A stretch of DNA of 64,000 nucleotides from an uncultured Acidobacteriota bacterium (GTDB taxonomy: Bacteria > Acidobacteriota > Terriglobia > Acidiferrales > UBA7541). The stretch's first letter is position 1. Every line of letters starts with the position of its first letter. A program made the translations under genes and the position numbers. This document shows positions 42,440-52,175 of this stretch, in pieces. The notes beneath the pieces were generated by a model. The model was not told the DNA's origin. It saw only the letters and a program-made list of their open reading frames with translations, and searched no databases. Location of the stretch: assembly GCA_963804625.1 (NCBI GenBank), contig CAWDRJ010000013.1, positions 10,065 through 74,064 on the forward strand. Reading direction: 5' to 3'.

Positions 42440-43627
42440 ATGAAGACGGAGCTTTCGGCAGGTCGCGTTGCGATTGTGCAACGCCTTTTTTTAGCGGCAG
42501 TTATCGCGCTCGCCGCAATTCTTTCCGCGCACGCCGCCGCCGCCACCAAGGATCGCGTCTATATTGGAACTTATACCGATCACCGCAGCCAAGGCATTTA
42601 CGTTTGCGAATTTGATCCGTCGAACGGCGCGCTAACGTCGCCCGAACTCGCCGCAGCGACTGTGGATCCATCGTTCCTGGCCGTTTCGCCAGATCGCCAT
42701 TTCTTATACGCGATCAATGAAACCGATCATTTCAATGGCCAGCCGACCGGAGGTGTAACCGCATTTTCGATTGCTCCGGCGACCGGAAAACTTACTTTGC
42801 TGAATCAGGTCTCTTCGCTCGCGCCCGGGCCTGCGTACATCACGCTCGATCGCAGTGGACATTTCGTCCTCGTTGCCAATTACGATGAGGGCAGCGTCGC
42901 GGTATATCGCATTCAGCCCGACGGAAGAATTGGCGATTCCACGGCGTTCGTCCGCCATTATGGCTCGAGCGTAAATCCGGACCGGCAGAAAGGTCCGCAC
43001 GCACACTCGATCGCGATGTCGCCAGATAATCGCTTCGCCGTCGTCGCTGACCTCGGCCTCGATGAGCTGCTCGTATACCCGTTTGACGCGGCACAAGGCG
43101 CGCTGGGCGCTCCTCGCGTGATCAAGACGGACCCCGGCGTCGGCCCGCGCCATCTCACGCTCGCTTCCAGCGGCAAGTTCGTCTATGTGGTCAACGAAAT
43201 GCAATCTTCGCTCACGGTCTATTCCTACGACGCGAACAATGGAGCGATGGCACCGCTGCAAAAAATCTCGACACTTCCCAGCAGCTTTCACGGCGAAAAC
43301 ACGGCTGCGGAAGTCGTGGTTGCTCCTTCCGGAAAGTTTCTCTATGCTTCGAATCGCGGGGACGACAATAGCATCGCCGTTTTCAGGGTGAATCAAGCGA
43401 AAGGCACGCTTACTCTGGTCGAATTCGTTCCCACCGGAGGGAAGACGCCACGCAATTTTGCGATTGACCCGTCCGGCAAATGGCTGCTCGCTGCCAATCA
43501 GGATTCCAACGATATCGTCACATTTCGCATCAACCCGAAAACCGGCCGCCTGACCCAGACAGGAAAATCGATTGAGGTGAATTCTCCCACGATCGTGGAT
43601 TTCGTGCCGCTGGACGGCGAAAAGTAG
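42440..43627 (+). CDS. Lactonase, 7-bladed beta-propeller family (secreted)
   Basis: GGAGGA precedes ATG 42440. After a signal peptide come ..YIGTYTDHRSQGIYVCEFD.., ..GPHAHSI.. and ..GPRHL.., which are typical blocks of this family. Confidence 0.75.
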   Translation: MKTELSAGRVAIVQRLFLAAVIALAAILSAHAAAATKDRVYIGTYTDHRSQGIYVCEFDPSNGALTSPELAAATVDPSFLAVSPDRHFLYAINETDHFNGQPTGGVTAFSIAPATGKLTLLNQVSSLAPGPAYITLDRSGHFVLVANYDEGSVAVYRIQPDGRIGDSTAFVRHYGSSVNPDRQKGPHAHSIAMSPDNRFAVVADLGLDELLVYPFDAAQGALGAPRVIKTDPGVGPRHLTLASSGKFVYVVNEMQSSLTVYSYDANNGAMAPLQKISTLPSSFHGENTAAEVVVAPSGKFLYASNRGDDNSIAVFRVNQAKGTLTLVEFVPTGGKTPRNFAIDPSGKWLLAANQDSNDIVTFRINPKTGRLTQTGKSIEVNSPTIVDFVPLDGEK

Positions 43628-43656
43628 ATGCAAACGAAGGCGCGCCGCCAATTTCG

Positions 43657-43685
43657 TTGACATTCGCCGGGCTGTGCGCTAGGTT
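43657..43685 (+). promoter_or_regulatory. Candidate sigma-70-type promoter of the his leader (TTGACA-17 nt-TAGGTT)
   Basis: TTGACA is at 43657-43662 and TAGGTT at 43680-43685. The leader ATG lies only 9 nt further on, so the transcript would be near-leaderless. Confidence 0.3.
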
Positions 43686-43694
43686 TCAATTGTC

Positions 43695-43763
43695 ATGAAC
43701 GTGCGGGCACACATTCTTCACCATCATCATCACACCCTACCGTGCCCGCGGTGGTGTGACTAG
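43695..43763 (+). CDS. Candidate his-operon leader peptide MNVRAHILHHHHHTLPCPRWCD
   Basis: A 22-codon ORF holds five consecutive His codons (CAC CAT CAT CAT CAC, 43719-43733) plus one more at codon 6. It sits between the lactonase gene and hisI and is followed by an intrinsic terminator. Confidence 0.65.
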   Translation: MNVRAHILHHHHHTLPCPRWCD

Positions 43764-43790
43764 CTAGACGCAAAATAGCTGGACTCATCG

Positions 43791-43830
43791 GCCCGCTGGC
43801 GCAACACGCGCCAGCGGGCTTTTTGTTTTT
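43791..43830 (+). terminator. Intrinsic terminator (attenuator) upstream of hisI
   Basis: A perfect 12-bp stem GCCCGCTGGCGC/GCGCCAGCGGGC with loop AACAC is followed by TTTTTGTTTTT. It ends 12 nt before the hisI ATG. Confidence 0.8.
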
Positions 43831-43841
43831 CGGGAGATGAA

Positions 43842-44231
43842 ATGGACCTCAACTTCAAAAAGGAAAATGGACTGATACCGGCGATCGTGCAGGACTGCGC
43901 GAACGACGAGGTATTGATGCTGGGTTTTATGAATCGCGAGGCCCTGGACAAGACCCGCGAGACCGGCTTCGTAACCTTCTACAGCCGCTCGCGCAAAAAA
44001 TTGTGGACGAAGGGAGAAAGCAGCGGGCAGAAGCTGCTGCTCCGCGAGCTGCGCGTGGATTGCGACGCCGACGCACTCCTGGTTCGCGCGGAACTTTCCG
44101 GTGGCGCCGTTTGCCACGAAGGCTATCGCAGCTGCTTTTTCCGGCGTCTGGAAGCCGACGATGCAACCCCGGCGATAGCCGAACGAGTGATTTCTCCGGC
44201 GGAACTATACGGCGAGGGCAGAGCGCAATGA
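43842..44231 (+). CDS. hisI: Phosphoribosyl-AMP cyclohydrolase (monofunctional)
   Basis: The protein includes ..[51 protein letters not shown]... Confidence 0.9.
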   Translation: MDLNFKKENGLIPAIVQDCANDEVLMLGFMNREALDKTRETGFVTFYSRSRKKLWTKGESSGQKLLLRELRVDCDADALLVRAELSGGAVCHEGYRSCFFRRLEADDATPAIAERVISPAELYGEGRAQ

Positions 44232-45100
44232 GCGCGCTGAAGCTGGGCATCCCCAAGGGCAGTCTGCAGGAATCCACGGTGGAATTATTTGCGCGAGCGG
44301 GCTGGCGGATTGCGGTGAACTCGCGAAATTATTTTCCCGCCATAGATGATACGGAAGTCGAATGCATGCTGGTGCGCGCGCAGGAAATGGCACGTTACGT
44401 CGGCAGCGGCGCGCTCGATGCGGGAATCACTGGGAAAGATTGGATCCTCGAGACCAGCGGCGAAGTGCAGGAAGTCGCCGAGCTTGTGTACGCCAAAAGC
44501 AGCCTGGGACGCGTGCGCTGGGTGCTCGCGGTGGCCGAGGATTCGCCGGTAAAGAGCGTCCGCGACCTGGAAGGTAAAGTGATCGCCACGGAAGCGGTAC
44601 ACCTGACGGAGCGGTACCTGGAACGCAACGGAGTTCGCGCGCGCGTGGAATTTTCGTGGGGCGCGACGGAAGTGAAAGTTCCACAACTGGCCGACGCCAT
44701 CGTCGAAGTCACCGAAACGGGCGCTTCGCTGCGCGCCAATCATCTGCGCATCGTGGAGACGCTGCTCGAATCCGCGCCGTGGTTCATCGCGAATCGCGCG
44801 TCGTGGCAAGTCAATTGGAAGCGCGAAAAAATCGAGAATATGGTGCTGCTGCTCGAAGGAGCCATCAAGGCCCACAACCGCGTGGGCCTGATGCTGAACG
44901 TGCGCCGCGTAGATCTTCCCGGCGTGCTTTCGGTCCTGCCCGCTTTGCGCAATCCAACCATCGCGCAATTGAGCGATCCTGCGTGGGCAGCGATCAACAC
45001 CATCGTCGAAGAACGTACGGTGCGGCAGTTAATTCCGAAACTCAAATCGGCGCGCGCCGAAGGGATTGTTGAGTACCCGCTCAACAAAATCGTGTACTGA
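44228..45100 (+). CDS. hisG: ATP phosphoribosyltransferase, long form
   Basis: It shares an ATGA overlap with hisI. The protein starts [21 protein letters not shown].. and carries a C-terminal regulatory domain. Confidence 0.9.
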   Translation: MSALKLGIPKGSLQESTVELFARAGWRIAVNSRNYFPAIDDTEVECMLVRAQEMARYVGSGALDAGITGKDWILETSGEVQEVAELVYAKSSLGRVRWVLAVAEDSPVKSVRDLEGKVIATEAVHLTERYLERNGVRARVEFSWGATEVKVPQLADAIVEVTETGASLRANHLRIVETLLESAPWFIANRASWQVNWKREKIENMVLLLEGAIKAHNRVGLMLNVRRVDLPGVLSVLPALRNPTIAQLSDPAWAAINTIVEERTVRQLIPKLKSARAEGIVEYPLNKIVY

Positions 45101-46353
45101 TGCGTGTGCTCCGGCTCACCAGCGCGATCGCAGAAAAGATTTTGGCGCGGCGGCGCAACCGTGATCGCGCAGCGGAAGGGATTGCTTCGAGGATTATTCG
45201 CGACGTGCACCGCCGCGGCGATGCTGCTCTGTTTGCGTGGACCAAGCGCTTCGATCGGTTGGCGCTGAATCGCGCTAGCGCCTGGGTGTCAGCGCGGGAA
45301 ATGCAGGACGCATCGCGCCGTGTTTCCGCCGATTTTCTGGACGCAGTGAATCATGCCGCGCGCAATATTCGCGCGGTGGCGCGCCGCCAGAAGCCGCAAG
45401 CCTGGGCGATAGAAGTCGAACCCGGCGTGCGCGTCAGACAACGAGTGCAGCCAATTGAAACCGTCGGGCTTTACATTCCCGGCGGCAGACTCTCGCTGGT
45501 CTCGACCCTGCTGATGACCGTCATCCCGGCGCAGGAAGCCGGCGTGCGGAAAATCGTGGTAGTCAGTCCTCAGCCGGGCGACCAACTTCTTGCGACGGCA
45601 AGTCTGCTGGGTTTGCGGCACGTTGCGCGCGTCAGCGGTGCGCAGGCGATCGCGGCCCTTGCCTACGGCACTGCAACGATTCCGCGCGTGGACAAAATCT
45701 ACGGCCCGGGAAATCGCTACGTCACGACGGCGAAACGCCTGGTCAGTGGAGATTGTGCGATTGATATGCTCGCCGGGCCGACGGAAGCAATCGTTTTCGC
45801 CGACCGCGGCAATCCATGCTTCATCGCGGCGGATTTGCTCGCGCAGAGCGAACATGACCCGGACGCTGTAGCGCTCTTCGTCACCACGTCCACGCCGTTC
45901 GCGCGCACTGTCGCAGCCGAACTCGAGCGCCAACTATCGGCGCTCCCTAAAACGAATCTGGCTTGGCGTGCCCTCGCGAAAAATGGCCGCGTGCTCATCG
46001 CGCGCACGTTTGCAGACGCAGCACGATTCATCAACCGCTTTGCGCCGGAGCATTTGACGTTGAGCGGAACAGCGGTCGCACGCGCAGATCGCTTTGAAAG
46101 CGCGGGCAGCATTTTCCTGGGCGATTGGAGCACGCAATCTTTCGGCGATTATGCCACCGGCACGAACCACGTGCTTCCCACCGGCGGCGGCGCGCGCTCG
46201 CGCGGTGGCCTCTCCGCGGCTGATTTTGTGAAATGCATCAGCATGCAGAAAGTATCGCGATCCGGCTGCGCGAGGCTGGCACCGGTAGTCGAGCAATTTG
46301 CTAAGGCCGAGGGCCTGCTCGCGCATGGACGCTCCGTCGAGGTACGCCGATGA
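45100..46353 (+). CDS. hisD: Histidinol dehydrogenase
   Basis: The 417-aa protein includes ..VGLYIPGG.. and ..LAGPTE..AQSEHD.. Confidence 0.9.
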   Translation: MRVLRLTSAIAEKILARRRNRDRAAEGIASRIIRDVHRRGDAALFAWTKRFDRLALNRASAWVSAREMQDASRRVSADFLDAVNHAARNIRAVARRQKPQAWAIEVEPGVRVRQRVQPIETVGLYIPGGRLSLVSTLLMTVIPAQEAGVRKIVVVSPQPGDQLLATASLLGLRHVARVSGAQAIAALAYGTATIPRVDKIYGPGNRYVTTAKRLVSGDCAIDMLAGPTEAIVFADRGNPCFIAADLLAQSEHDPDAVALFVTTSTPFARTVAAELERQLSALPKTNLAWRALAKNGRVLIARTFADAARFINRFAPEHLTLSGTAVARADRFESAGSIFLGDWSTQSFGDYATGTNHVLPTGGGARSRGGLSAADFVKCISMQKVSRSGCARLAPVVEQFAKAEGLLAHGRSVEVRR

Positions 46354-47411
46354 AGCCGAGCATCCGGGTGCGATGTGCCGTCGAGCTCATGCGCCCGTAT
46401 CATCCGCCGCTCGAAGACCGCGGCGGCAAGCTGCGTCTGGATTTCAACGAGAACACGGCCGGCTGCTCGCCGGCGGTGCTCAGAGCGCTACGCAAACTCA
46501 GTTCCGCAGACGTTTCCATGTATCCAGAACAGGAAACCGTGCGCCGCGAACTCGCGCGATATTTCGGCGTGGACGCCGACGAGTTGCTGCTGAGCAACGG
46601 CACCGACGAAGCGCTGCATTTGATCGCCGATACTTTTCTGGGACCCGGCGATCCCGTATTGCTCGTCGAGCCCACATTCGCGATGTACCGGTTCTACGCA
46701 GAATTGTCGGGCGCGCGCATCCAGGCGCTGCGTTATGGCGCCAACTTGCAATTTCCAAGGGACGAGCTTCTGCGGAAGCTTCGCTCACGCTCCGCTCCGC
46801 GAATCTTTTTTCTTGCGAATCCGAACAACCCCACCGGCAATGTGTTGAAGCCTGCTCAATTGCGCCGAATCCTGCTAGCGGCGGCGAAAACGCTGGTGGT
46901 CGTGGACGAAGCCTATTTTGAATATTCCGGAACCACGATTCTTCCGTGGATTCGACGGCACAAGAACCTGGTGCTCACTCGTACTTTCTCTAAAGCAGCC
47001 GGCCTCGCTGGCCTGCGTTTGGGCTGCATCTTCGCGCGCTGCGAACTTGCCGCGATTTTCAGGAAAGCCCAATCGCCTTACCCGGTGAACATCGCCGCAC
47101 TGGTGGCAGCGCGCGCCACGATAGGCGATCGGTCCTACATGCGCCGTACGTTGCGCGAATTTCGCCGCAGCCGCGAGGAACTGCAAGGCGGCCTGGCTAG
47201 GCTGGGAATCAAATTCTTTCCTGGCGCCGCGAATTTCATCCTGCTGAATCTCGGAGACCGCGCAAAGTCGGTCGTGGCCTCGCTCGCTCGCGCCGGCACG
47301 CTGATCCGCGATCGCTCGTCCGATTTTGCCGGGCAGGGTTACGTGCGCATCACAATTGGCACGCTCACCCACACTCGTCGCGTTCTTCGCCAACTGAAGG
47401 AGTGCCTATGA
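46350..47411 (+). CDS. hisC: Histidinol-phosphate aminotransferase
   Basis: The protein includes ..LDFNENTAGCSP.., ..NPNNPTG.. and ..TFSKAAGLAGLRLG.., the last containing the PLP lysine. Confidence 0.9.
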   Translation: MKPSIRVRCAVELMRPYHPPLEDRGGKLRLDFNENTAGCSPAVLRALRKLSSADVSMYPEQETVRRELARYFGVDADELLLSNGTDEALHLIADTFLGPGDPVLLVEPTFAMYRFYAELSGARIQALRYGANLQFPRDELLRKLRSRSAPRIFFLANPNNPTGNVLKPAQLRRILLAAAKTLVVVDEAYFEYSGTTILPWIRRHKNLVLTRTFSKAAGLAGLRLGCIFARCELAAIFRKAQSPYPVNIAALVAARATIGDRSYMRRTLREFRRSREELQGGLARLGIKFFPGAANFILLNLGDRAKSVVASLARAGTLIRDRSSDFAGQGYVRITIGTLTHTRRVLRQLKECL

Positions 47412-47995
47412 GAAAAGCGTCGCTGCATCGCAAAACCAAGGAAACCGACGTCCGCGTGAAGCTGAATCTCGACGGCCGCGGCAAGGCGCGCATTGATACG
47501 GGCATTCGCTTCTTCGATCACATGCTCGAACAAATCGCGCGCCATGGCGGCCTCGATCTGGAACTCATCGCCCGGGGCGACCTCGACGTGGACCAGCATC
47601 ACACGGTCGAAGACACCGGAATCGCGCTCGGCGAGGCCGTGAAACAAGCCCTCGGTTCCAAGCGCGGAATTCTGCGCGCCGGCTATTTCCTGATGCCCAT
47701 GGACGAATCGCTCGCGATGGCCGCACTCGATTTTTCGGGGCGCGCGCATTTCGTCTGCAAGTGGCGGCCGCTCGCGCGTCGCGTTGGTGATTTTCAGACC
47801 GAACTGCTCGAGGACTTTTTCCAAGCTTTTGCGCAGGCCGCCACCGCCAACGTTCATTTGCGTTTCATGTATGGACGGTCCTCGCACCACCAGATTGAAG
47901 TGATGTTCAAGGCTTTCGCCCGCGCGCTGCGCTTTGCTGTGACGCGCGATCGCCAGCTGCGCCGGGTGCTGCCTAGCACCAAGGGGCTGCTATGA
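47402..47995 (+). CDS. hisB: Imidazoleglycerol-phosphate dehydratase
   Basis: The protein includes ..RKTKETDV.., ..FFDHML.., ..DQHHTVEDTGIALG.. and ..SHHQIE... Confidence 0.9.
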   Translation: MPMRKASLHRKTKETDVRVKLNLDGRGKARIDTGIRFFDHMLEQIARHGGLDLELIARGDLDVDQHHTVEDTGIALGEAVKQALGSKRGILRAGYFLMPMDESLAMAALDFSGRAHFVCKWRPLARRVGDFQTELLEDFFQAFAQAATANVHLRFMYGRSSHHQIEVMFKAFARALRFAVTRDRQLRRVLPSTKGLL

Positions 47996-48597
47996 AGATC
48001 GCCATCATTGATTACGGCGAAGGAAATTTGCCATCCGTGGAGCGGGCGTTCGCTCAGCTGGGCGTGGAAGCCGAGCGCGTCTCGACGCCGGAGCAGCTTC
48101 ACGTTGCTAAAGCAATTGTGCTTCCGGGGGTCGGACACTTCTCCGCGTTCGTTGCCGGCTTACGCGAACGCAATCTCACCTCCGCATTGCGCGCCGCAAT
48201 TGATTCGCGCGTGCCGGTGCTCGGAATTTGCCTCGGCTTGCAGGTGCTGTTCGCGTCTAGCGAAGAAGCACCCGTAGAAATCGGCCTCGATCTCATTCAC
48301 CAGAAGGTGAAGGCGTTGCCGACAAATGTGAAGTCTCCGCACATCGGCTGGAACCAGGTGCGAGCGCTGCGTCCGGGAATTTTGCTGCAAGGAATTGCGG
48401 ACGACGCTCATTTTTATTTCGCACATTCCTACGCCGCGGCGGTTTGTGAGCCGCATACCGCCGCCGTCTGCGACCACGGCTTCCCTTTTGCCGCGGTGGT
48501 CGAACACGAGAATCTGCTGGCCGTGCAATTCCATCCCGAAAAATCCGGCGCGGCGGGAGCTGCCGTCCTGCGCAATTTCGTGGAGTGGGTGCAATGA
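47992..48597 (+). CDS. hisH: Imidazole glycerol phosphate synthase, glutaminase subunit
   Basis: The protein starts [16 protein letters not shown].. and includes ..LPGVG.F.., ..GICLGLQ.. and ..QFHPEKS... Confidence 0.9.
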   Translation: MKIAIIDYGEGNLPSVERAFAQLGVEAERVSTPEQLHVAKAIVLPGVGHFSAFVAGLRERNLTSALRAAIDSRVPVLGICLGLQVLFASSEEAPVEIGLDLIHQKVKALPTNVKSPHIGWNQVRALRPGILLQGIADDAHFYFAHSYAAAVCEPHTAAVCDHGFPFAAVVEHENLLAVQFHPEKSGAAGAAVLRNFVEWVQ

Positions 48598-49358
48598 CTC
48601 TGGCGCACCGCATCATTCCCTGCCTTGACGTAAATGCCGGCCGCGTGGTGAAAGGTATCGAGTTTCAGGCTCTGCGCGATATGGGAGACCCGGAAGCGCT
48701 GGCCGCGCGCTACAACCGCGAAGGCGCCGACGAATTGATCCTGCTGGATATTACCGCTTCGCGCGATGGACGCGCTACGTTTCTCGATACAGTGCGCGGG
48801 GTGGCCCGCCAATTGAATATTCCATTCACCGCTGGCGGCGGCATTCGCAGCCTCGAGGACGGACGGGCCGTGTTGCGCGCCGGCGCCGACAAAGTGACCA
48901 TTAACACCGCCGCGATCGAGCGTCCGGAATTAATTTCGGAACTCGCGGCGCAATTCGGCTCGCAGGCCGTCGTTCTGTCACTGGACGCGAAAAAGACCGG
49001 CGATCATTGGGAAGTATTCATTCGCGGCGGAAGCCAGGCGACGGGACTCAACGCCGCAAAATGGGTGCAGGAGGGGGTGACGCGCGGCGCGGGCGAAATT
49101 CTCCTGACTTCCATGGATCGCGACGGCACCTGCAGCGGATTCGACTGCGATTTGACGGCGGGCATCGCCGCGCTGGTATCCGTTCCGGTAATTGCGTCCG
49201 GCGGCGCGAAAAAGTTCGAGGATTTTCTCGACGTTTTCGGCAAAGGCGGAGCGGACGCCGCGCTGGCCGCCTCCATTTTCCATTCTGCCGAACAATCCCT
49301 CGGCGGCCTTAAGCAATATCTCGCCGCGCAAGGCGTGCCGGTGCGCCTGAGCCAGTGA
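48594..49358 (+). CDS. hisF: Imidazole glycerol phosphate synthase, cyclase subunit
   Basis: It shares an ATGA overlap with hisH. The protein reads [33 protein letters not shown]... Confidence 0.9.
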   Translation: MTLAHRIIPCLDVNAGRVVKGIEFQALRDMGDPEALAARYNREGADELILLDITASRDGRATFLDTVRGVARQLNIPFTAGGGIRSLEDGRAVLRAGADKVTINTAAIERPELISELAAQFGSQAVVLSLDAKKTGDHWEVFIRGGSQATGLNAAKWVQEGVTRGAGEILLTSMDRDGTCSGFDCDLTAGIAALVSVPVIASGGAKKFEDFLDVFGKGGADAALAASIFHSAEQSLGGLKQYLAAQGVPVRLSQ

Positions 49359-49376
49359 AATGAGCAAAATCACGCG

Positions 49377-50060
49377 ATGATTATTCCCTGCATTGATCTG
49401 CAAGGCGGCGAAGCCGTCCAATTGGTGCGCGGGCGCAAGCGCGCGCTATCGGTGGACGACGTCCTCGGCTTACTCGAGCGTTTTCGCGACTACCCGATTC
49501 TGCATGTGATTGACCTGGACGCGGCCATCGGCACAGGCTCCAACGGCCGCTTGATCAAGCTTCTTTCTAGCGGCGCCACAATGAAGATTCGCGTGGGCGG
49601 CGGTGTACGCACCGTGGCACGCGCCGAAAAACTGCTCACCTGGGGCGCGGAGAAAATCATCGTGGGTAGCGCCGCGTTTCGCGACGGGCAAGTAGCGCAC
49701 GATTTTCTCAGCGAACTGCGGAAGCGCGTCGGCCGCAAGCCCGTGATCATCGCGATAGACACGGAGGCTGGCCACATCGTCGTGCGCGGCTGGCGCGAGC
49801 GGCTGGCGCTGCGCCCCGCCGACGTGATCCCTGAGCTCGAGGCGTATGGTTCCGAATTTCTCGCCACCTACGTGGACCGCGAAGGAACGATGCAAGGTAC
49901 GAATCTCGCATGGTTCCGAAAGCTCCGGAGCCTGACGAAATTCCCGATCACTGCCGCCGGCGGAATTCGCAGCAAAAGAGAAGTTCGCGCGCTTGAAAAG
50001 CTGGGGATGAACGCAGCGGTCGGCATGGCGCTCTATTTGGGGAAGATGTCCGACGATTGA
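49377..50060 (+). CDS. hisA: HisA-like ProFAR isomerase (227 aa)
   Basis: The protein reads MIIPCIDLQGGEAVQLVRG..HVIDLDAA..KIIVGSAA... It is somewhat short and divergent, so the HisA assignment is by position and motifs. Confidence 0.7.
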   Translation: MIIPCIDLQGGEAVQLVRGRKRALSVDDVLGLLERFRDYPILHVIDLDAAIGTGSNGRLIKLLSSGATMKIRVGGGVRTVARAEKLLTWGAEKIIVGSAAFRDGQVAHDFLSELRKRVGRKPVIIAIDTEAGHIVVRGWRERLALRPADVIPELEAYGSEFLATYVDREGTMQGTNLAWFRKLRSLTKFPITAAGGIRSKREVRALEKLGMNAAVGMALYLGKMSDD

Positions 50061-50073
50061 TAGGCGGGAAATT

Positions 50074-50859
50074 TTACTTCAGCTGCTTTCCAGGATCGCA
50101 GTCCTCTTTCACGGAATAGCCGCTCGCGCCGAGCTTCATCATCCGCGCGCACAAATTCAGAATGCGCGCGGCCGCGTCCTTAGCATTCAATCCTCGTGCG
50201 TGAATATTCGAAATCAGGTTGCGATCCGCGTCGGAATGCGCCGCTCGGGGCTGGTACGCCATGTAGGCCGACAAACTCTCCGCAGTGGCAAGTCCGGGGC
50301 GTTCGCCGATCAGCAGAACGGCGACGCGCGGTTTAAGCAGCGCGCCAATCTCATTCAAAATTCCCACGCGGCAGTACTTGATGGCAAACGTCTGCCCTAC
50401 ACTCCAGCTGCGCGCCTCGGCTCCAGCAATAAGCAATGGCAAAAGCGCCGGGACCTGCGCTCGAACCGCCGGAACCGACAGACCATCGCCGACCGCGATC
50501 TGCAAATCGCGCCCTGGTGCGCAGCATCGCGATATCTCTGCGCGCGCGGTGTCGCTGAATTCCCGGCCGAGCGACGGGTGCAGCAAATATTCATCCTTGC
50601 TGGAAGCGCGCGTTCGGACTTCGAAGAGTTTCCATTTCTCGATGAATTCCGCGGCGAAAGCATCGCGCATATCGAAGTCCGCGCGCACGGCGTCGCGCGC
50701 CGCGGCGTGATCTTCCCGCAATTGGATTTGAGTTTCCGTCCGATAGGCAGCGCCAGCGCGGCCCGCGAGCACGCGCGCCGGAGTGCGCGCGCGAATTCTG
50801 CGTACCAGCTCGGACCACCCGGAATTCGCGGCCAGTTCGTCGTGGCGATTGGCCATCAA
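50074..50859 (-). CDS. eutC: Ethanolamine ammonia-lyase small subunit
   Basis: It follows eutB with a 4-nt overlap. The protein includes ..RAGAAYRT.. and ..LIGERPGL... Confidence 0.85.
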   Translation of the reverse strand: MMANRHDELAANSGWSELVRRIRARTPARVLAGRAGAAYRTETQIQLREDHAAARDAVRADFDMRDAFAAEFIEKWKLFEVRTRASSKDEYLLHPSLGREFSDTARAEISRCCAPGRDLQIAVGDGLSVPAVRAQVPALLPLLIAGAEARSWSVGQTFAIKYCRVGILNEIGALLKPRVAVLLIGERPGLATAESLSAYMAYQPRAAHSDADRNLISNIHARGLNAKDAAARILNLCARMMKLGASGYSVKEDCDPGKQLK

Positions 50860-52175
50860 GCAATCCCCTCGAGCGACGATTCCAGCCCCTGCATAAGCCG
50901 CCTCCGCACCGACACGTCGAATTTCGCCGGTTCGCCATCGCGATAGATTCCCGCCTCTTCAAGCCAAGCGAGAAATTCCGGTGCAGGACGCAGCTTGAAA
51001 ATCCTCCTCACGCCAATCGCATCGTGATAACTCGTGGATTGATAATTCAGCATCACGTCGTCCCCGCACGGTACGCCCATGAAGTAGTTGCAACCCGCTG
51101 CCGCAAGGAGCAACAGAAGATTGTCCACGGAATTTTGATCGGCCTCCGCGTGATTCGTGTAGCAAACGTCGCAACCCATCGGCAATCCCAAAAGCTTGCC
51201 CATGAAATGGTCTTCCAGGCCTGCGCGAATGATTTGGCGTTCATTGAAAAGATATTCCGGTCCGATAAATCCGACGACGCTATTCACCAGAAACGGATTG
51301 AACACTCGAGCGACTCCATAGGCCCGCGCTTCCAGCGTCAGTTGATCCACTCCGCAGTGCGCTTCCGCGGAAAGCGCGCTGCCCTGCCCCGTTTCAAAAT
51401 ACATCACGTTCGTGCCCTTCCACGCGACGTCGTTCCGCTCGCGGTGATGCGCGAGCACTTGCTCGCGGCCTTCGCGCAACATAGCAAGGGTGACGCCGAA
51501 ACTGCGATTCGCGGCTTCCGTTCCGGCCACCGATTGAAACAGCAAATCCACGGGGGCACCTCGGCGGAGCGCAGCGATTTGCGTTGAAATGTGCGCCAGG
51601 CAACAAGTTTGCGTCGGCACTTTGCAGGCAGTCACCAGGCGATCGAGCGAGTGCAGGATCGCGCCGACCGTCTCGACGGAATCCGCTGAGGGATTCACGC
51701 CAATCACTGCGTCGCCACAGCCGTAAAACAAACCCTCCAGCGCCGCAAGTAGAATGCTGCCGACATCGTCCACCGGATGATTCGGCTGCACGCGAATGCC
51801 CAGCACGCCGCGCTCTCCCATGGTGTTGCGGCAACGCGTGACGTTGCGAATCTTGGCCGCTGCAAGCACCAGATCCTTGTTGCTCATGATTTTCGCCACC
51901 GCTGCGGCGATTTCCGGAATAATCGCGCGCTGAATCTGGCGCAGCTCGGCTTCCCCCGTTGAATCCTCCAGAAGGAACTCGCGGAATTCGCCAACGGCCA
52001 TGCTTTTGAGCGGCTGGAAAGCCTGCTGGTCGAAGGAATCGAGAATCAGCCGGCTGACGTCATCGCCATCCGGATCAATCAGCGGCTGCCGCACAATTTC
52101 GTCGAGGGGCAAATCGGCAAGTTGGCGTTTGGCGGCGACTCGCTCGCGTTCCGATGCCGCAGCGATTCCGGCCAA
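50856..52175 (-). CDS. eutB: Ethanolamine ammonia-lyase large subunit (5' end unresolved, see finding)
   Basis: The protein includes ..LAGIAAASERERVAAK.., ..VGFIGPEYLFNERQIIRAGLEDHF.. and ..GCDVCYTNHAEADQN... EutB-like codons continue upstream to 52250 without an in-frame canonical start. Confidence 0.85.
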   Translation of the reverse strand: MAGIAAASERERVAAKRQLADLPLDEIVRQPLIDPDGDDVSRLILDSFDQQAFQPLKSMAVGEFREFLLEDSTGEAELRQIQRAIIPEIAAAVAKIMSNKDLVLAAAKIRNVTRCRNTMGERGVLGIRVQPNHPVDDVGSILLAALEGLFYGCGDAVIGVNPSADSVETVGAILHSLDRLVTACKVPTQTCCLAHISTQIAALRRGAPVDLLFQSVAGTEAANRSFGVTLAMLREGREQVLAHHRERNDVAWKGTNVMYFETGQGSALSAEAHCGVDQLTLEARAYGVARVFNPFLVNSVVGFIGPEYLFNERQIIRAGLEDHFMGKLLGLPMGCDVCYTNHAEADQNSVDNLLLLLAAAGCNYFMGVPCGDDVMLNYQSTSYHDAIGVRRIFKLRPAPEFLAWLEEAGIYRDGEPAKFDVSVRRRLMQGLESSLEGIA

